DNA of 64,000 nt from an uncultured bacterium (GTDB taxonomy: Bacteria; SAR324; XYD2-FULL-50-16): positions 86,064-150,063 of the forward strand of contig CBFCZY010000003.1 of assembly GCA_965602905.1 (NCBI GenBank), written 5' to 3'. The position numbers and the translations under genes were made by a program. The notes below the pieces were generated by a model. It searched no databases. It worked only from the letters and a program-made list of their open reading frames with translations, and had not been told where the DNA came from. Shown here one piece after another: positions 9,858 to 19,572 of this stretch. Position 1 is the stretch's first letter. Every line of letters begins with the position of its first letter.

Positions 9858-11147
9858 TTAACCAAAGAGGATTGATCCTTCGAGGTAAAATGCTCCAGCA
9901 ATGGAACCTGTCATCAAGCAAGCGAGACTAGAGGCGATAAGAGCACGAAAACCCACCTCAGACAGCTCTCTAGTTTTAGAAGGCTCAATGGCCGCTATCC
10001 CACCAATAAATATGGATAGGCTGGCAAAATGAGCAAAACCGCAAAGAGCATAAGAAGCGATGACTAAAGAGCGGGGGTCTTGGATAGCGCCCGACTTCAT
10101 GGCTTTTGCAAGATCCATATAGGCTACAAATTCTGTAAGCACCAATCTTTCACCAATGATCCTAGAAATGGCCATAGCGTCCACTAAGGGAACCCCCATT
10201 GCCAAGGTTAAGGGGTAAAAGAGATACCCGAAAATATTACTCAGGCTCAAGTCAAAACCCATCGCCTTGATTCCTACAAACTCCCCAATTCCAGAAAGGC
10301 CCAAATCAACCAAGGCAACCAGCCCTAAAACGGCAATGAGTAGGGCAATAATGCCTGCGATCAAGTTCAAACCCGATTGGGCACCCTTGATGATGGCTTC
10401 AAATATATTGGAATCCTTCTCATAAACGGGGTGGATGTCTTCGCCTAAAGTTTCAGGTGTCTCGGTCTCAGGTAGGATGATTTTACTCAATACAATTGCT
10501 GCAGGTGCTGAAATGATAGAGGCACTGACCAAATGGCCTGCAATAGCAGGGAAAAACTCCTGTAAACTAAAAACGTAAAAAGCTAGAACATTACTGGCTA
10601 CTGTCGCCATGCCCGCTGTTAAAAGAGTGCATAGCTCCGACTTGGTCATTCCCTTTAGGTGTGGCTTAATGGTCAAGGCAGATTCAACACCTACAAAAAT
10701 ATTACTTGCGGCAGCTACAGATTCCGCCCCTGAAATACCCATAGTCTTTGTGAAGATATTGGCAAAGATTCGGATCACAAAGGGCATGATTTTAAAAAAA
10801 TAAAGGATGGAAACTAAGGCTGAGAAAAAAATGACTGAAGGTAAAGTCTGGAAGGCCAAGAAAAAGCCCAAAGAACCTTCCCCCCCTGGTGGAACAGCAA
10901 GTGGCCCAAAGACAAATTCGGCACCTTTGGTGGAAACAGACAATAGCTTCACAACCAGATTATTGATGGCCCAAAATAATTCTCGTCCTTGGGGAATCAC
11001 AAAAACAAAAAGACCCAAAGCCAGTTGAAAAGAAATTCCAACAGCAACTAATTTCCAATTGACGGCTTTAGGGTGTTTGGATAAGCCCCAAGCGATTCCT
11101 ACAAAAACTAAGAGGCCTAAGAGGCTGACAAGATTATATGGCTCCAT
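9858..11147 (-). CDS. nupC: concentrative nucleoside transporter (CNT/NupC family)
   Basis: Multi-TM protein with NupC-like N-terminal helices. The start is chosen at M16 of the tracked ORF (MEPYNLVSLLGLLVF...) to match the NupC N-terminus. Confidence 0.75.
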   Translation of the reverse strand: MEPYNLVSLLGLLVFVGIAWGLSKHPKAVNWKLVAVGISFQLALGLFVFVIPQGRELFWAINNLVVKLLSVSTKGAEFVFGPLAVPPGGEGSLGFFLAFQTLPSVIFFSALVSILYFFKIMPFVIRIFANIFTKTMGISGAESVAAASNIFVGVESALTIKPHLKGMTKSELCTLLTAGMATVASNVLAFYVFSLQEFFPAIAGHLVSASIISAPAAIVLSKIILPETETPETLGEDIHPVYEKDSNIFEAIIKGAQSGLNLIAGIIALLIAVLGLVALVDLGLSGIGEFVGIKAMGFDLSLSNIFGYLFYPLTLAMGVPLVDAMAISRIIGERLVLTEFVAYMDLAKAMKSGAIQDPRSLVIASYALCGFAHFASLSIFIGGIAAIEPSKTRELSEVGFRALIASSLACLMTGSIAGAFYLEGSILFG

Positions 11148-11628
11148 TTTTTTCCAATGCAAGGAGTTTAATTTGGGAGGGGACTCCGCCAAGTGAAAAA
11201 ACCCTAGCAGTGTCCTGATCTTTTTTTGTCACCCTATGACAGGGGATAAGGATTGGCAAGGGGTTCAAACGGTTTGCTGAGCCAACGGCACGGACGGCTT
11301 TAGGGTTACCAAGAGCCGAGGCAACATCAAAGTAGCTTTGTGTACTGCCAAAGGCAATGGTTGGAAGATACTGCCAAACCTTTTGGTAAAATGTAGGGCC
11401 TTCTAATTTGTAGGGTAGGTCAAAGTGCGTTAGGTTTCCTTTGAAGTAAGCTAAAATTTGATCCACAGCCTCAATTAAAATGGGGCTACTACTTTCTCTA
11501 TTTTTGGGTCTTGGGTTTTTAGGGTCCAGCTCACAGAGGTAAATTTTAGTGAGAGCACCATTGGTTTCTTCAATGCACAGGGGAGAGGCGAAAAATTCAG
11601 GGATGAGTAAGCTCGTCTTATTCTTCAT
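11134..11628 (-). CDS. ogt: methylated-DNA--protein-cysteine methyltransferase
   Basis: PCHRV active-site motif inside a conserved DNA-binding domain block (GSTQSYFDVASALGNPKAVRAVGSANRLNPLPILIPCHRV). Confidence 0.85.
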   Translation of the reverse strand: MKNKTSLLIPEFFASPLCIEETNGALTKIYLCELDPKNPRPKNRESSSPILIEAVDQILAYFKGNLTHFDLPYKLEGPTFYQKVWQYLPTIAFGSTQSYFDVASALGNPKAVRAVGSANRLNPLPILIPCHRVTKKDQDTARVFSLGGVPSQIKLLALEKNGAI

Positions 11629-11648
11629 TTTGGCCTCTCTGAACTGGG

Positions 11649-11873
11649 TTAAAGTTTTGCTTTGATTAGTTCTATTGCCTGAGCATCACTGGGAAACTCA
11701 CCAGTCGCTTTTTTTGAATAGAGCAATTGACCATTTAAGGTGATTTCAAAGACCCCACCAGACCCACGAATGATATTGGTCTCAAGGCTCAGCTGGTTTT
11801 TTATTTTCTCTGCCAAACTGGCAGCTCTGGGAAGGTAGTTTCAAGCTCCGCAGTATTCTAAATCAAGTGTCAT
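11649..11873 (-). CDS. SelW/Rdx-family selenoprotein; the in-frame TGA at 11841..11843 is read as selenocysteine
   Basis: ATG at 11873..11871 overlaps the ClC stop as TAATG. Translation with TGA=U gives MTLDLEYCGAUNYLPRAASLAEKIKNQLSLETNIIRGSGGVFEITLNGQLLYSKKATGEFPSDAQAIELIKAKL, then TAA at 11651..11649. The YCGAU redox motif and the GxFE(I/V)..G.L..SKK..G.FP block match SelW/Rdx. The gene is missed by ordinary ORF calling. Confidence 0.8.
11810..11824 (-). promoter_or_regulatory. candidate SECIS-like hairpin 3' of the UGA
   Basis: mRNA CUGCC-AGUUU-GGCAG: a 5-bp GC-rich stem with G/U in the loop, starting 19 nt after the UGA. Flanking AGCUG/CAGCU could extend it. This is a by-eye fold only. 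Confidence 0.25.
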
Positions 11874-13654
11874 TATTTATCTTCATCGCTGTGAACGTTT
11901 TGTAGTAATATGGCTCTGTTGTAAGCGTCCATTACATCTTTTCTATTTAAGATTCCCAAAATGCTTTGATGGTCATTGGGGTCTACCACTGGGATGGCCT
12001 CAATATCCTTAATTCCAAATTTTTGGATTGCTTCATTTAAGTTATCATGGGGTAAGAGGGTAATCAACTGGGTTTCAGCTAATTCTTTCATGACTACTAA
12101 ATGCTCCAAACCCTCTTCTAAAATGATTTCTCTAATGTCTTGCAGACTCACCACTCCTGTCATGTGGTTGTTTTTGTCTAACACAGGGTAGTATTGGGTT
12201 TTAGACTTAGGGAAGATCTTCATAAATTCAGCAAAGGTCATGCTTTCTTGGATGGTCTCAAAATCTGTGACCATCACACTTTCGGCCATGATTTTAGCCA
12301 AAATACTTTCTTCTTTTCCTGAGTGGAGCAAGATCCCCTTTCTGCTTAATTCCATACTATCTAGGCTATCGTCGCAAAGGCTTTTCGCTACCATCACCCC
12401 AAAAACTGAGGCAAACATAATGGGGATAATAACCTGATAGCTACTAGTAAGCTCAAAGAGTAAAAAAATAGCTGTCATGGGTGCATGAGTTACCGCCGCC
12501 AAAAAGGCGCCCATTCCAACTAAAGCATAGCTTCCAGGTTGGATGTTGAGATCAGGAAAAAGGTAAGATGCGATATTACCAAAGATGGCGCCAATCATAG
12601 CCCCAATATACAAGGAGGGGGCAAAAAGCCCACCGACATTTCCCGAGCCTAAGGTGATTGAAGTGGCTAACATCTTTAAAAAGATCAGAGCAAAAAAGAG
12701 CCAGAATAAGCGGTCACCGTTCCAGTTTAGGGCTAAATGAATCACTTCATAACCATCACCTAGAACTTCAAAATAAAAGATTCCTAGAGTTCCAACTAAA
12801 AAAGCACCAATTAGGGGCTTGATAATAGGGGAGATTTGCAAGGCGTCAAAGCGGTCTGAAACAGCAAAAAAGAATCTAATAAAAAATGCCCCAAGTACAC
12901 CAATGACTAGACCCAGTAAAATATAAAGAGGGATTTCAGCATAACTAGTTAAGGTATAAGCCAGTTCACCAAATGTCGGCGCAGAAGAATAATAGGCTCT
13001 AGAAATCGCAGTGGCCAAGCCTGTGGAGATAACGATCACCCCAAAGGTTTGCAGTTGAAACTGACCGATCATGATAATTTCTTGGGCAAATAACACCCCA
13101 GCTAGGGGAGCGTTAAATTGGGCCGCTATGCCCGCTGCTGACCCACAAGCGATCAAGACCTTTAACCTGTGGCTGCCCATGCCAAAGAAACGGCCGATGC
13201 TGCTGCCCACAGCCCCACCTATCTGGGCGATTGGCCCTTCCACCCCTGCTGAACCACCTGAAGAAATGGTAATGGCTGACGTAAATATTTTCACAAATAT
13301 ATTTCTAGTGGCAATGAGGCCACCCTTTAAGTGTACAGCAATTAAGAACTTGGGCATTCCATAGCCTGAGATCTCACCGGGGTATTTTTTTAAAAAGGGA
13401 ATGAGTAAAATTGCCCCTGTCATAGGAATGACAGGAAGCAAATAAGGAGAGTAAGACTCTACAAAGGGCCACATAATCCCAAAAAAGAGATAGTGCATTT
13501 GGTGGAGTAACCACCGAAAAAAGACTGAAGCAAACCCAGCACCAACACCGACAAAGCAAGCAAGAATTAACTCTATATTGGTTTCAGAGATGCGAAACTT
13601 TCCAATTAGAGGAAGCCAGGAAGCTTTGGTGAAAATCTTGGAAGGCTTAAACAT
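11873..13654 (-). CDS. ClC-family chloride channel / H+-Cl- antiporter with a C-terminal CBS pair
   Basis: GSAGVEGP and GNVGGLFAPSLYIG selectivity motifs. The C-terminal region is of CBS length. Confidence 0.85.
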   Translation of the reverse strand: MFKPSKIFTKASWLPLIGKFRISETNIELILACFVGVGAGFASVFFRWLLHQMHYLFFGIMWPFVESYSPYLLPVIPMTGAILLIPFLKKYPGEISGYGMPKFLIAVHLKGGLIATRNIFVKIFTSAITISSGGSAGVEGPIAQIGGAVGSSIGRFFGMGSHRLKVLIACGSAAGIAAQFNAPLAGVLFAQEIIMIGQFQLQTFGVIVISTGLATAISRAYYSSAPTFGELAYTLTSYAEIPLYILLGLVIGVLGAFFIRFFFAVSDRFDALQISPIIKPLIGAFLVGTLGIFYFEVLGDGYEVIHLALNWNGDRLFWLFFALIFLKMLATSITLGSGNVGGLFAPSLYIGAMIGAIFGNIASYLFPDLNIQPGSYALVGMGAFLAAVTHAPMTAIFLLFELTSSYQVIIPIMFASVFGVMVAKSLCDDSLDSMELSRKGILLHSGKEESILAKIMAESVMVTDFETIQESMTFAEFMKIFPKSKTQYYPVLDKNNHMTGVVSLQDIREIILEEGLEHLVVMKELAETQLITLLPHDNLNEAIQKFGIKDIEAIPVVDPNDHQSILGILNRKDVMDAYNRAILLQNVHSDEDK

Positions 13655-14530
13655 TTAAATATCCTTAGGGAATAAAAAATTTCCACTGAAAGTTTCCTCA
13701 GCAGGACCTGTCATAAAAAGAGGTTCCCCAAGGCCAGCCCATTCAATGGTCAATTGCCCACCTAATAGCTCAATTTTCACAGGACTTTTCAGTCGGTTTG
13801 TATGGATGCCCACTGCGGCAACTGCGCTTGCGCCCGTGCCACAGGCTAAGGTTTCACCACTGCCCCGCTCCCAAGTTCTTTGTTTTACTTTATGGTCAGA
13901 AATAACTTCCACAAATTCCACATTGATTCTGTTGGGGAAGTGTTCCGAAAGCTCAATAGAAGGTCCACATTGCTCTAAGGGGATTTTAGTCACATTATCA
14001 GTAAAGATAACACAGTGAGGGTTGCCCATATTGCAAAGGCTTATATTTAATGCCAATTCGCCAAAGGTAACAAATTTCTCTAAGATGTGATCCCCAACAA
14101 AGGTGGAAGGGATTTTATCGGCTTCAAACACAGGTACGCCCATATTGACTTTAGCTGCGTGGGCTATGCCGCCATCGGCAAAAATTTCAATGCGCTTGAT
14201 GCCTGCTTTGGTTTCAATGTGGATAATTTTTTCGTGCGTCAGATTGTAGTCGTAAACATACTTGGCAACGCAGCGAATGGCATTCCCACACATTTCAGAC
14301 TCACTTCCATCAGCATTAAACATGGTCATAGTGAAATCAGCCTCATGGCTTTCGCCTATAAGAACCAGCCCATCTGCGCCAATGCTAAAGTGACGATTGG
14401 CAATATATTTTGCTAAGCTACTAAAATTACAAAGCATCAAGTTTTTTGACACTTGTGGGTCAATGAGATTAAGGTAAATATAATCATTGCCTGCCCCTTG
14501 CATTTTTACAAAAGGGATATAATTACTCAT
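13655..14530 (-). CDS. dapF: diaminopimelate epimerase
   Basis: MQGAGNDYIY N-terminus. Catalytic Cys motifs CGNAIRC and ACGTGASA. Confidence 0.9.
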   Translation of the reverse strand: MSNYIPFVKMQGAGNDYIYLNLIDPQVSKNLMLCNFSSLAKYIANRHFSIGADGLVLIGESHEADFTMTMFNADGSESEMCGNAIRCVAKYVYDYNLTHEKIIHIETKAGIKRIEIFADGGIAHAAKVNMGVPVFEADKIPSTFVGDHILEKFVTFGELALNISLCNMGNPHCVIFTDNVTKIPLEQCGPSIELSEHFPNRINVEFVEVISDHKVKQRTWERGSGETLACGTGASAVAAVGIHTNRLKSPVKIELLGGQLTIEWAGLGEPLFMTGPAEETFSGNFLFPKDI

Positions 14531-14544
14531 GGTTTACCTCACTA

Positions 14545-15303
14545 ATGAAACATATTTACCTAATCCTCTTCTTTAGCCTATTTGGGGTTGTTTGTGAAGC
14601 AGGAGGACTCGATTACCCAAGATCTATTCCCACGGCCCTAACATTAGAGTATCAACACCTTGGCAATCACAAGGAGTCTGGCTCAAGCAAAGTTGTTTTT
14701 CGTCGCACTGGCCAAGATGTTTTGGTTGTCGAAGCCCATTCCTCAGAAGATTCACAGGTGTTTTTAAAAAGAGAAAGCCGCTACAGCAGTAAAGGCCTAT
14801 TTAAAGAAAGCAGCCTCTCAGATTCGAGGTCTGACTTGAGTATGAGCCTCCTTCGCAAAGAGACAGTCTTAGATGGAAAGGTGAGGCTCCAAGGCGAAAA
14901 TTTAGTCTTGCAGTTGCCTTTAGGCCCCAGCTTGACCACCTTGGGCTTGCTTCCAAATTTTCTAGGTAACAAGCTTCAAGAATTAGAGAAATCAGGTGCA
15001 GTCATTTTCTATTTGGTACCCCCTTTAGTTGTGGCGAGGGCGGCGAAAGATGGCCTCCCCCCTTCATGGGCGAGAATCAAAATGGTGGCTACTAAGGTTA
15101 GAAATGAAGTTTTTAAATTTGATGGGAAAAACATTGCAGCTCTTCGGATTAAACTGAAACCCTTTGATTCTTTGATGGGTAGTTTTCTGCCTAAGGAAAA
15201 TCAGGAATTAGTGTTTTTACTGCCTTTAAAAGGCCCCTTTTACATTCTTGAGGGCAAAGTCAGTGGCGTAACCTACCGCCTTAAAAAGGTGACAGCTCCT
15301 TAA
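14545..15303 (+). CDS. secreted protein of unknown function
   Basis: N-terminal signal peptide (ILFFSLFGVVCEAGG). No recognisable domain. Confidence 0.5.
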   Translation: MKHIYLILFFSLFGVVCEAGGLDYPRSIPTALTLEYQHLGNHKESGSSKVVFRRTGQDVLVVEAHSSEDSQVFLKRESRYSSKGLFKESSLSDSRSDLSMSLLRKETVLDGKVRLQGENLVLQLPLGPSLTTLGLLPNFLGNKLQELEKSGAVIFYLVPPLVVARAAKDGLPPSWARIKMVATKVRNEVFKFDGKNIAALRIKLKPFDSLMGSFLPKENQELVFLLPLKGPFYILEGKVSGVTYRLKKVTAP

Positions 15304-15985
15304 GGTAGTCTGTCCATTTTTCCTGTTTGGTCGGGCTTTGATTTGACTTTTCTAGCCTGTCTAAAAAGTCATCCCGCTTCGTTTCTTTTGCGCCTAGACT
15401 GGCTAGGTGTTCGGTGGGGTTTTGGCAGTCTATGAGCTGAAAGCCTAAATGCAGGCAGAGTTTTTCTGCCCAAGCAAAAGCCACCTTGGAAGCGTCTCGT
15501 TTTAACGAAAACATAGATTCCCCAAAAAATGCCGCCCCTAAGCTCACGCCGTAAAGTCCCCCAATGATTTCGCCCTCTTCATAGACCTCTATTGAGTGGG
15601 CAAAGCCATGTTTGTGGAGTTCTTTGTAAGCTTCGATCATTTCTTCTGTGATCCAAGTTCCCTCTTGGTCGGCCCTTGGTGTTGCTGCGCAATGGGTGAT
15701 GATCGCATCAAAATTTGTATCAAATTTAATCTGGTATTTATCTTGGCGGAGCAATCGGCGTAAGGATTTAGTAATACGCATCTCGCCTGGGGTCAAAACC
15801 ATCCTAGGGTCTGGTGACCACCAAAGCAGAGGGTGCCCTTCTGAATACCAAGGGAAGATACCCATGTGATATGCCAGTAACAATCTCTCAACAGATAAAT
15901 CGCCACCAAAGGCCAATAGACCTTCAGGCTCAGCCTCTCGGGGGTTTGGAAAAGTTAGATTTACATTTAAAAACTGAAAGGTCAT
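15281..15985 (-). CDS. aat: leucyl/phenylalanyl-tRNA--protein transferase
   Basis: GIFPWYSEGHPLLWWSPDPRMVL and the GxSxF block are typical of L/F-transferase. Confidence 0.85.
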   Translation of the reverse strand: MTFQFLNVNLTFPNPREAEPEGLLAFGGDLSVERLLLAYHMGIFPWYSEGHPLLWWSPDPRMVLTPGEMRITKSLRRLLRQDKYQIKFDTNFDAIITHCAATPRADQEGTWITEEMIEAYKELHKHGFAHSIEVYEEGEIIGGLYGVSLGAAFFGESMFSLKRDASKVAFAWAEKLCLHLGFQLIDCQNPTEHLASLGAKETKRDDFLDRLEKSNQSPTKQEKWTDYLKELSPF

Positions 15986-16920
15986 TAGCCCTTATAGTCT
16001 TTTAGTTTATCCCAGAAATCAGCGGCAATATCAGGCCCACCGAGACTTAGAATTTCCTGGATTCCAGTGGGGCTGGTAACGTTAATTTCTGTAATGTAGT
16101 CGCCAATGATGTCGATACCAACAAAATAGAGGCCATCGTCATTGAGTTTGTCTTTGATTTGGTCGATGAGCCACTGGTCACGTGTCGTTAGCTGCGAAAG
16201 GCTGCCTGTTCCACCAACATGCAAGTTGCTGCGGGTTTCGCCATCTTGGGGCGTTCGTAATAGTCCATCATAGGCTTGGCCTAAAACCAAAATCACTCTT
16301 TTGTCGCCCTTTTTGATTTCAGGTAGATATTTTTGGGCAATGACATGTTCTTTGCCGTCGCCAGTACTCAACTCAATGAGGCTATTGAAGTTGGTGTCTT
16401 CGGGGGTCAGCATGATAATGCCTGCGCCGCCACACCTGTTTAGAGGCTTAACGATGATCTTACCACCATTGGCATGCATAAAATCTCTGATTTCAGCGCC
16501 GTCTCGAGTGATGATCGTGGGGGGGCAAATCTGCGGGAAATGCAAAGGGTATAATTTTTCTGGTGCTTCCCTTAAGGCCTGAGGCCGGTTGATGATCTTT
16601 GCCTTTTTACAAAGGGAAAGAAAATGGGTGGTCATGAAATAGTCTTCATCAAAGGGAGGGTCTTTCCTGATCATTACCACTTCAAAATCATCAACAGGGA
16701 TTTCAGCTGTGTCAGCCATCCACTCCCAACAGGGGGTTTCTTTTTTGAATTTTAGGTGCCTTGCCTGTACAAATGGAACAGCGTCACGGACAAGCAAGTG
16801 CTGACTCATTGCCCAGTAGACATCATAGCCTTTTTCTTGGGCCTTGGTAGCTAAAGCAAAGGAGGTATCCTTTTCAATGTTGATGGTTTCTAGGGCGTCC
16901 ATCAGTAAAAGCACTTTCAT
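15985..16920 (-). CDS. gshB: glutathione synthetase (prokaryotic ATP-grasp)
   Basis: The N-terminus MKVLLLMD..INIEKDTSFA and the blocks IVKPLNRCGGAGI and GDKRVILV resemble E. coli GshB. Confidence 0.8.
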   Translation of the reverse strand: MKVLLLMDALETINIEKDTSFALATKAQEKGYDVYWAMSQHLLVRDAVPFVQARHLKFKKETPCWEWMADTAEIPVDDFEVVMIRKDPPFDEDYFMTTHFLSLCKKAKIINRPQALREAPEKLYPLHFPQICPPTIITRDGAEIRDFMHANGGKIIVKPLNRCGGAGIIMLTPEDTNFNSLIELSTGDGKEHVIAQKYLPEIKKGDKRVILVLGQAYDGLLRTPQDGETRSNLHVGGTGSLSQLTTRDQWLIDQIKDKLNDDGLYFVGIDIIGDYITEINVTSPTGIQEILSLGGPDIAADFWDKLKDYKG

Positions 16921-18287
16921 ATTTGTCCTGCTATTTGCAAATTATACTTTGTTTTTTCAAAAGTGTAGACCTTCCAAACTACAAAGAAGGCCAAGGTTCC
17001 ACTGACAATTTTAGAAATGGCCGCAGCGGCAAAAATTCCTCTCAATTGGTAGGTACTAGAACCATAATAGGCTAAAGGAATAAAAAGGACAAACACATGG
17101 GTCAGGGTCAAAAAACTGGCAAGTAGAGGTTTCTCTAGTACGTTTAAAGGCCCAGTGGAAAGCGCTAAAACCCCATGTAAGCCGTAACCAATAGGCACCA
17201 AAGTGAGGTATAAAATGATCACCTCTACCACTTTATCATCAGAACTAAATAAATTGGCTAAGACCCCATTAAAGGCCCAGAAGATAAGAGCTATGAAGGT
17301 CCCCCAAAAGAAGGCAAAAATAAAAGCTTTTTTTAGCCCTTCATCTAACCTAGAAAAAAGTTTTGCCCCCCAATTTTGCCCAAAAAATGGGCCAAGAACA
17401 CTACTCAAGGCCATAGTCATAGCAAAGGCAAACATTTCGATGCGGCTAGCAACACCATAGGCGGCGACAGCACTAACGCCGTAACTGGCAACCAGTTTAG
17501 TGATGACACCCATACCGAGAGGCAAAATTAAATTGGTGGCCCCCATGGGCAAGGCGATAAATAAAATTTGCTTGAAAGAAGCTAGCAACTGGGAGATCTT
17601 GGGTCTGGCCCAAGTGATCATATCTTCTTGGAAGGTCAGGACATATAAAGATAAAAATAGGGTAACAGCCCTAGCGATTAAGGTAGCAAGGGCAGCCCCC
17701 TGAACTTCCATGCGTGGAATTGGCCCAAGTCCAAATATCAGTATAGGATCAAGAACCAAGTTGATTAGCATAGCCACAATCATAATCATGCTGGCTTTTT
17801 TCATTTCGCCCTTGGCGCGGATGGCGTTGTTACCCACCATGGGGATAACTAAAAAGGGCATGCCGTAAAACCAGATGGTCATGTAGTCGAAAATGATAGG
17901 CTGGAGATCTTCCCCAGCCCCCATAATCTGGAAGGTAGGCACCATAAAATACAGGCCTAAGCTGGTAAAGACCAAGACAATAAAAAAGGCTAAAATCAGG
18001 GAATCTGTCGTTAGGCGCTTGACTGCGCTCTGGTCGCCCCTGCCCAAGGCCTTGGATACCACTGTAGAAGAGCCAACACCAATGCCCATAGTTAAAGCCA
18101 TAATGGACATAACAACAGGGAAGGTAAAGGAAATGGCAGCCAGTTCAGCGGTGCCTAAGAGGCTAATAAAATAAGTATCGGTCAGATTAAAGGCAACCAT
18201 CCCCATAATGCCAATGAGCATGGCTAAGGTCTTATGGGTTAAAAGTCGGTTGATTTCACCTTGGGTAAAGGATGCTGACCGAGGCAT
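16917..18287 (-). CDS. MATE-family multidrug efflux transporter
   Basis: 12-TM-like hydrophobic profile. Length and conserved Gly/Pro pattern fit MATE. Confidence 0.8.
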   Translation of the reverse strand: MPRSASFTQGEINRLLTHKTLAMLIGIMGMVAFNLTDTYFISLLGTAELAAISFTFPVVMSIMALTMGIGVGSSTVVSKALGRGDQSAVKRLTTDSLILAFFIVLVFTSLGLYFMVPTFQIMGAGEDLQPIIFDYMTIWFYGMPFLVIPMVGNNAIRAKGEMKKASMIMIVAMLINLVLDPILIFGLGPIPRMEVQGAALATLIARAVTLFLSLYVLTFQEDMITWARPKISQLLASFKQILFIALPMGATNLILPLGMGVITKLVASYGVSAVAAYGVASRIEMFAFAMTMALSSVLGPFFGQNWGAKLFSRLDEGLKKAFIFAFFWGTFIALIFWAFNGVLANLFSSDDKVVEVIILYLTLVPIGYGLHGVLALSTGPLNVLEKPLLASFLTLTHVFVLFIPLAYYGSSTYQLRGIFAAAAISKIVSGTLAFFVVWKVYTFEKTKYNLQIAGQI

Positions 18288-18290
18288 GGT

Positions 18291-18566
18291 CTAACTTTCT
18301 TTTGTAGTCGACTTTTGCGTTTCTAAGAATTCTCTTTTTAGTTCCAAAGACAGGCGGTCGAATTCGCTTTTATCAAGATGGCCTAAAGAAAAATCCTGCT
18401 CTAACTCGGCGATAGATTCTAATAATGCAACCTTTGGGTCGAAGCGGTGGGTCTCATTTTCCGTTGTAAAAAAGGTTTCTTGTTCCATTGTTACTAGGGG
18501 TTGCCAAGCTACGGCCAAGGCTATCAAAAGCGAGGCTAAGGTGCATAAGATGATGCTTAATTCCAT
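18291..18566 (-). CDS. small membrane protein, possibly a CcmI-like N-terminal module
   Basis: N-terminal TM helix followed by an acidic helical tail, immediately downstream of ccmH in the same operon. Confidence 0.35.
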   Translation of the reverse strand: MELSIILCTLASLLIALAVAWQPLVTMEQETFFTTENETHRFDPKVALLESIAELEQDFSLGHLDKSEFDRLSLELKREFLETQKSTTKES

Positions 18567-18580
18567 TTGGTATTTTCCTC

Positions 18581-19042
18581 TTAAGAGATGTCGTCTAATG
18601 CTTTGTCAATCTTGGCTGTTTCAGCGTCAGAAAGAGGGTCTAGTGTTTTTTGTTCTTTTTTCGGCTTACTCTTTAGGGTAATGATAACGCCAAGGGCCGC
18701 AAAGGCAGTCAAGATTCCTGGGGCTAACCAAAGTAGCAAATTACTACCTGTTTTTGGTGGGCTACGTAAAATCCATTCACCATAGCGGTCAACAAAAAAT
18801 TGTAAAACCTGCTCTTCTGATTTTCCTTCGGCAAGCATTTCACGAATTTTCTGTTTCATATTGCCTGCAAGGCCTGCCTCTGATTCTTTAACACTCAAAG
18901 CTTGGCAAGTAGGGCAACGTAATTGGTGGGCGATTTCTTTTACTTGTTTCTCTATTGCTTCATCAGCAAATACAGGACTAACAAATACTATTGGGCTAGC
19001 AAGTAAAAAGGCAGCAACTAACAGGGCGTTTAAAATTTTCAT
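18581..19042 (-). CDS. ccmH: cytochrome c-type biogenesis protein CcmH
   Basis: LRCPTCQ motif after a signal peptide, with a C-terminal TM segment. Confidence 0.8.
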   Translation of the reverse strand: MKILNALLVAAFLLASPIVFVSPVFADEAIEKQVKEIAHQLRCPTCQALSVKESEAGLAGNMKQKIREMLAEGKSEEQVLQFFVDRYGEWILRSPPKTGSNLLLWLAPGILTAFAALGVIITLKSKPKKEQKTLDPLSDAETAKIDKALDDIS

Positions 19043-19572
19043 TGGATATACTTAGAAAGAAATTGGTCAATGTCTCGGCCGTTTACTGCCCCTAAAACCT
19101 TGTGGCGAATAATGCCTTCAGGGTCAACAAAAAAGGTCTCAGGTACGGCAGTAACCCCATAATTTAGTGAGATATTTCCTGTTAAATCATCAGGTGCAAG
19201 CAAATAGGTTTTTCCATATTTGGCAATAAAGCCTAGCGAGGCTTTCCGTTCATCATTAATGGCTATCCCAATAAAAGCAGCTCCTCTTGGGGTCCATTTT
19301 TGGTGCGCAGCCTCAATGATATGTGCCTCTTGGCGGCAAGCAACACACCAGCTAGCCCAGAAGTTTACAATCACAGGTCTACCCTTAAAACCACTTAAAG
19401 TAATCTCTTTATTGTCTAAAAAGGTAACTGTTTTAAAATCCGTTGCTTTCGTGCCTATGAGGGCTGAAGGTATAGATTTTGGGTCACTAGCGAAGTAGAT
19501 CCCATAAAAGAACAGGGCCAATAAACTGAATATTGCGCCAGAGCTTAAAGATATTACCAGTTTGCGGTTCAT
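19039..19572 (-). CDS. ccmG: thiol:disulfide interchange protein CcmG/DsbE
   Basis: Thioredoxin fold with WCVACRQE (WCxxC) and an N-terminal membrane anchor. Confidence 0.85.
   Translation of the reverse strand: MNRKLVISLSSGAIFSLLALFFYGIYFASDPKSIPSALIGTKATDFKTVTFLDNKEITLSGFKGRPVIVNFWASWCVACRQEAHIIEAAHQKWTPRGAAFIGIAINDERKASLGFIAKYGKTYLLAPDDLTGNISLNYGVTAVPETFFVDPEGIIRHKVLGAVNGRDIDQFLSKYIQ

Noticed and set aside
11841-11843. Reading the TGA as a genuine stop, giving a 10-codon peptide MTLDLEYCGA
   Set aside because: The 63 codons after the TGA stay open in frame, encode the conserved SelW/Rdx block (GGVFEITLNGQLLYSKK..GEFP), and end at a TAA just before ogt. The TGA sits exactly at the Sec position of the CxxU motif.
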